Below are positions 61,507 through 64,000 of a DNA stretch of 64,000 bases, piece after piece. The notes under the pieces are model-generated. The model was not told the DNA's origin. It saw nothing but the letters and a program-made list of their open reading frames with translations, and did no database searches. The DNA comes from Blepharisma stoltei ATCC 30299 (lineage: Eukaryota; Protista; Ciliophora), in the NCBI GenBank assembly GCA_965603825.1, contig CBFDEM010000063.1, positions 496,227 to 560,226 on the forward strand, given 5' to 3'. The stretch's first letter is position 1; the number at the start of each line of letters is the position of its first letter. The position numbers and the translations under genes were made by a program.

Positions 61507-64000
61507 GTGTTAGGGTGTTAGGGTGTTAGGGTGTTAGGGTGTTAGGGGTGTTAGGGTGTTAGGGTGTTAGGTGTTAGGGTGTTAGGGTGTTAGGGTGTTA
61601 GGGTGTTAGGGTGTTAGGGTGTTAGGGTGTTAGGGTGTTAGGGTGTTAGGGTGTTAGGGTGTTAGGGTGTTAGGGTGTTAGGGTGTTAGGGTGTTAGGGT
61701 GTTAGGGTGTTAGGGTGTTAGGGTGTTAGGGTGTTAGGGTGTTAGGGTGTTAGGGTGTTAGGGTGTTAGGGTGTTAGGGTGTTAGGGTGTTAGGGTGTTA
61801 GGGTGTTAGGGGTGTTAGGGTGTTAGGGTGTTAGGGTGTTAGGGTGTTAGGGGTGTTAGGGTGTTAGGGTGTTAGGGTGTTAGGGTGTTAGGGTGTTAGG
61901 GTGTTAGGGTGTTAGGGTGTTAGGGTGTTAGGGGTGTTAGGGGTGTTAGGGTGTTAGGGTGTTAGGGTGTTAGGGTGTTAGGGTGTTAGGGGTGTTAGGG
62001 TGTTAGGGTGTTAGGGTGTTAGGGGTGTTAGGGTGTTAGGTGTTAGGGTGTTAGGGTGTTAGGGTGTTAGGGTGTTAGGGTGTTAGGGTGTTAGGGTGTT
62101 AGGGTGTTAGGGTGTTAGGGTGTTAGGTGGTGTTAGGGTGTTAGGGTGTTAGGGTGTTAGGGTGTTAGGGTGTTAGGGTGTTAGGGTGTTAGGGTGTTAG
62201 GGTGTTAGGGTGTTAGGGTGTTAGGGTGTTAGGGTGTTAGGGTGTTAGGGGTGTTAGGGTGTTAGGGTGTTAGGGTGTTAGGGTGTTAGGGTGTTAGGGT
62301 GTTAGGGTGTTAGGGTGTTAGGGTGTTAGGGTGTTAGGGTGTTAGGGTGTTAGGGTGTTAGGGTGTTAGGGTGTTAGGGTGTTAGGGTGTTAGGGTGTTA
62401 GGGTGTTAGGGTGTTAGGGTGTTAGGGTGTTAGGGTGTTAGGGTGTTAGGGTGTTAGGGTGTTAGGGTGTTAGGGTGTTAGGGTGTTAGGGTGTTAGGGT
62501 GTTAGGGTGTTAGGGTGTTAGGGTGTTAGGGTGTTAGGGTGTTAGGGTGTTAGGGTGTTAGGGTGTTAGGGTGTTAGGGTGTTAGGGTGTTAGGGTGTTA
62601 GGGTGTTAGGGTGTTAGGGTGTTAGGGTGTTAGGGTGTTAGGGTGTTAGGGTGTTAGGGTGTTAGGGTGTTAGGGTGTTAGGGTGTTAGGGTGTTAGGGT
62701 GTTAGGGTGTTAGGGTGTTAGGGTGTTAGGGTGTTAGGGTGTTAGGGTGTTAGGGTGTTAGGGTGTTAGGGGTGTTAGGGTGTTAGGGTGTTAGGGTGTT
62801 AGGGTGTTAGGGTGTTAGGGTGTTAGGGTGTTAGGGTGTTAGGGTGTTAGGGTGTTAGGGTGTTAGGGTGTTAGGGTGTTAGGGTGTTAGGGTGTTAGGG
62901 TGTTAGGGTGTTAGGGTGTTAGGGGGTTGGGTGTTAGGGTGTTAGGGTGTTAGGGTGTTAGGGTGTTAGGGTGTTAGGGGTGTTAGGGTGTTAGGGTGTT
63001 AGGGTGTTAGGGTGTTAGGGTGTTAGGGTGTTAGGGTGTTAGGGTGTTAGGGTGTTAGGGTGTTAGGGTGTTAGGGTGTTAGGGTGTAGGGTGTTAGGGT
63101 GTTAGGGTGTTAGGGTGTTAGGGTGTTAGGGTGTTAGGGTGTTAGGGTGTTAGGGTGTTAGGGTGTTAGGGTGTTAGGGTGTTAGGGTGTTAGGGTGTTA
63201 GGGTGTTAGGGTGTTAGGGTGTTAGGGTGTTAGGGTGTTAGGGTGTTAGGGTGTTAGGGTGTTAGGGTGTTAGGGTGTTAGGGTGTTAGGGTGTTAGGGT
63301 GTTAGGGTGTTAGGGTGTTAGGGTGTTAGGGTGTTAGGGTGTTAGGGTGTTAGGGTGTTAGGGTGTTAGGGTGTTAGGGTGTTAGGGTGTTAGGGTGTTA
63401 GGGTGTTAGGGTGTTGGGTGTTAGGGTGTTAGGGTGTTAGGGTGTTAGGGTGTTAGGGTGTTAGGGTGTGTTAGGGTGTTAGGGTGTTAGGGTGTTAGGG
63501 TGTTAGGGTGTTAGGGGTGTTAGGGTGTTAGGGGTGTTAGGGTGTTAGGGTGTGTAGGGTGTTAGGGGTGTTAGGGTGTTAGGGTGTTAGGGTGTTAGGG
63601 TGTTAGGGTGTTAGGGTGTTAGGGTGTTAGGGTGTTAGGGTGTTAGGGGAGTTAGGGTGTTAGGGTGTAGGGTGTTAGGGTGTTAGGGTGTTAGGGTGTT
63701 AGGGTGTTAGGGTGTTAGGGTGTTAGGGTGTTAGGGTGTTAGGGTGTTAGGGTGTTAGGGTGTTAGGGTGTTAGGGTGTTAGGGTGTTAGGGTGTTAGGG
63801 TGTGTAGGGTGTTAGGGTGTTAGGGGTTGGGTTAGGGTGTTAGGGTGTTAGGGTGTTAGGGTGTTAGGGTGTTAGGGTGTTAGGTGTTAGGGTGTTAGGG
63901 TGTTAGGGTGTTAGGGTGTTAGGGTGTTAGGGTGTTGTGGGTGTTAGGGTGTTAGGGGGTGGTAGGGTGTTAGGGTTGTTAGGGTGTTGGGTGTGGGTGT
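61507..64000 (+). repeat. telomere (TGTTAGGG)n, i.e. (CCCTAACA)n
   Basis: ~2.5 kb of 8-mer repeat running to the window end, G-rich strand toward the end; the known heterotrich (Stentor/Blepharisma) unit. Confidence 0.99.

Noticed and set aside
61507-64000. CRISPR or satellite interpretation of the 8-mer array
   Set aside because: No spacers; the unit and terminal position identify a telomere.

Overview
Eukaryotic, AT-rich chromosome end from a heterotrich ciliate macronuclear genome, almost certainly Blepharisma. Three lines of evidence support this: (i) a ~2.5 kb telomere of (TGTTAGGG)n = (CCCTAACA)n at 61507-64000; (ii) UGA read as Trp with TAA/TAG as stops, so many 'broken' ORFs in the supplied track join into full genes; (iii) 15-nt GT..A..TAG introns. 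The first ~34 kb is gene-dense and mostly conserved: C2H2 ZnF, NUDT5-like, GAPDH, 14-3-3, LC8, WD40-TRP-like channel, GSK3-like kinase, WDR90/POC16, stand-alone voltage-sensor-like protein, C2 protein, cyclin, MVD, EME1, and an acidic secreted repeat polyprotein beside an aspartic protease. The distal ~27 kb is a subtelomeric zone of duplications, pseudogenes and expanded families: di-UBL fusion, B-box-like/coiled-coil proteins with Kelch or TPR ends, CCHC knuckle proteins, and a Venus-flytrap multi-TM receptor. Best leads: a polyprotein punctuated by F-[LIV]-Q motifs next to a pepsin-family protease; one N-terminal Zn/coiled-coil module fused to either Kelch or TPR domains; and a retained 72-bp TA-bounded IES-like insert plus an 8-bp-TSD insert in a Kelch pseudogene. 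All family calls come from manual motif reading, not database searches.
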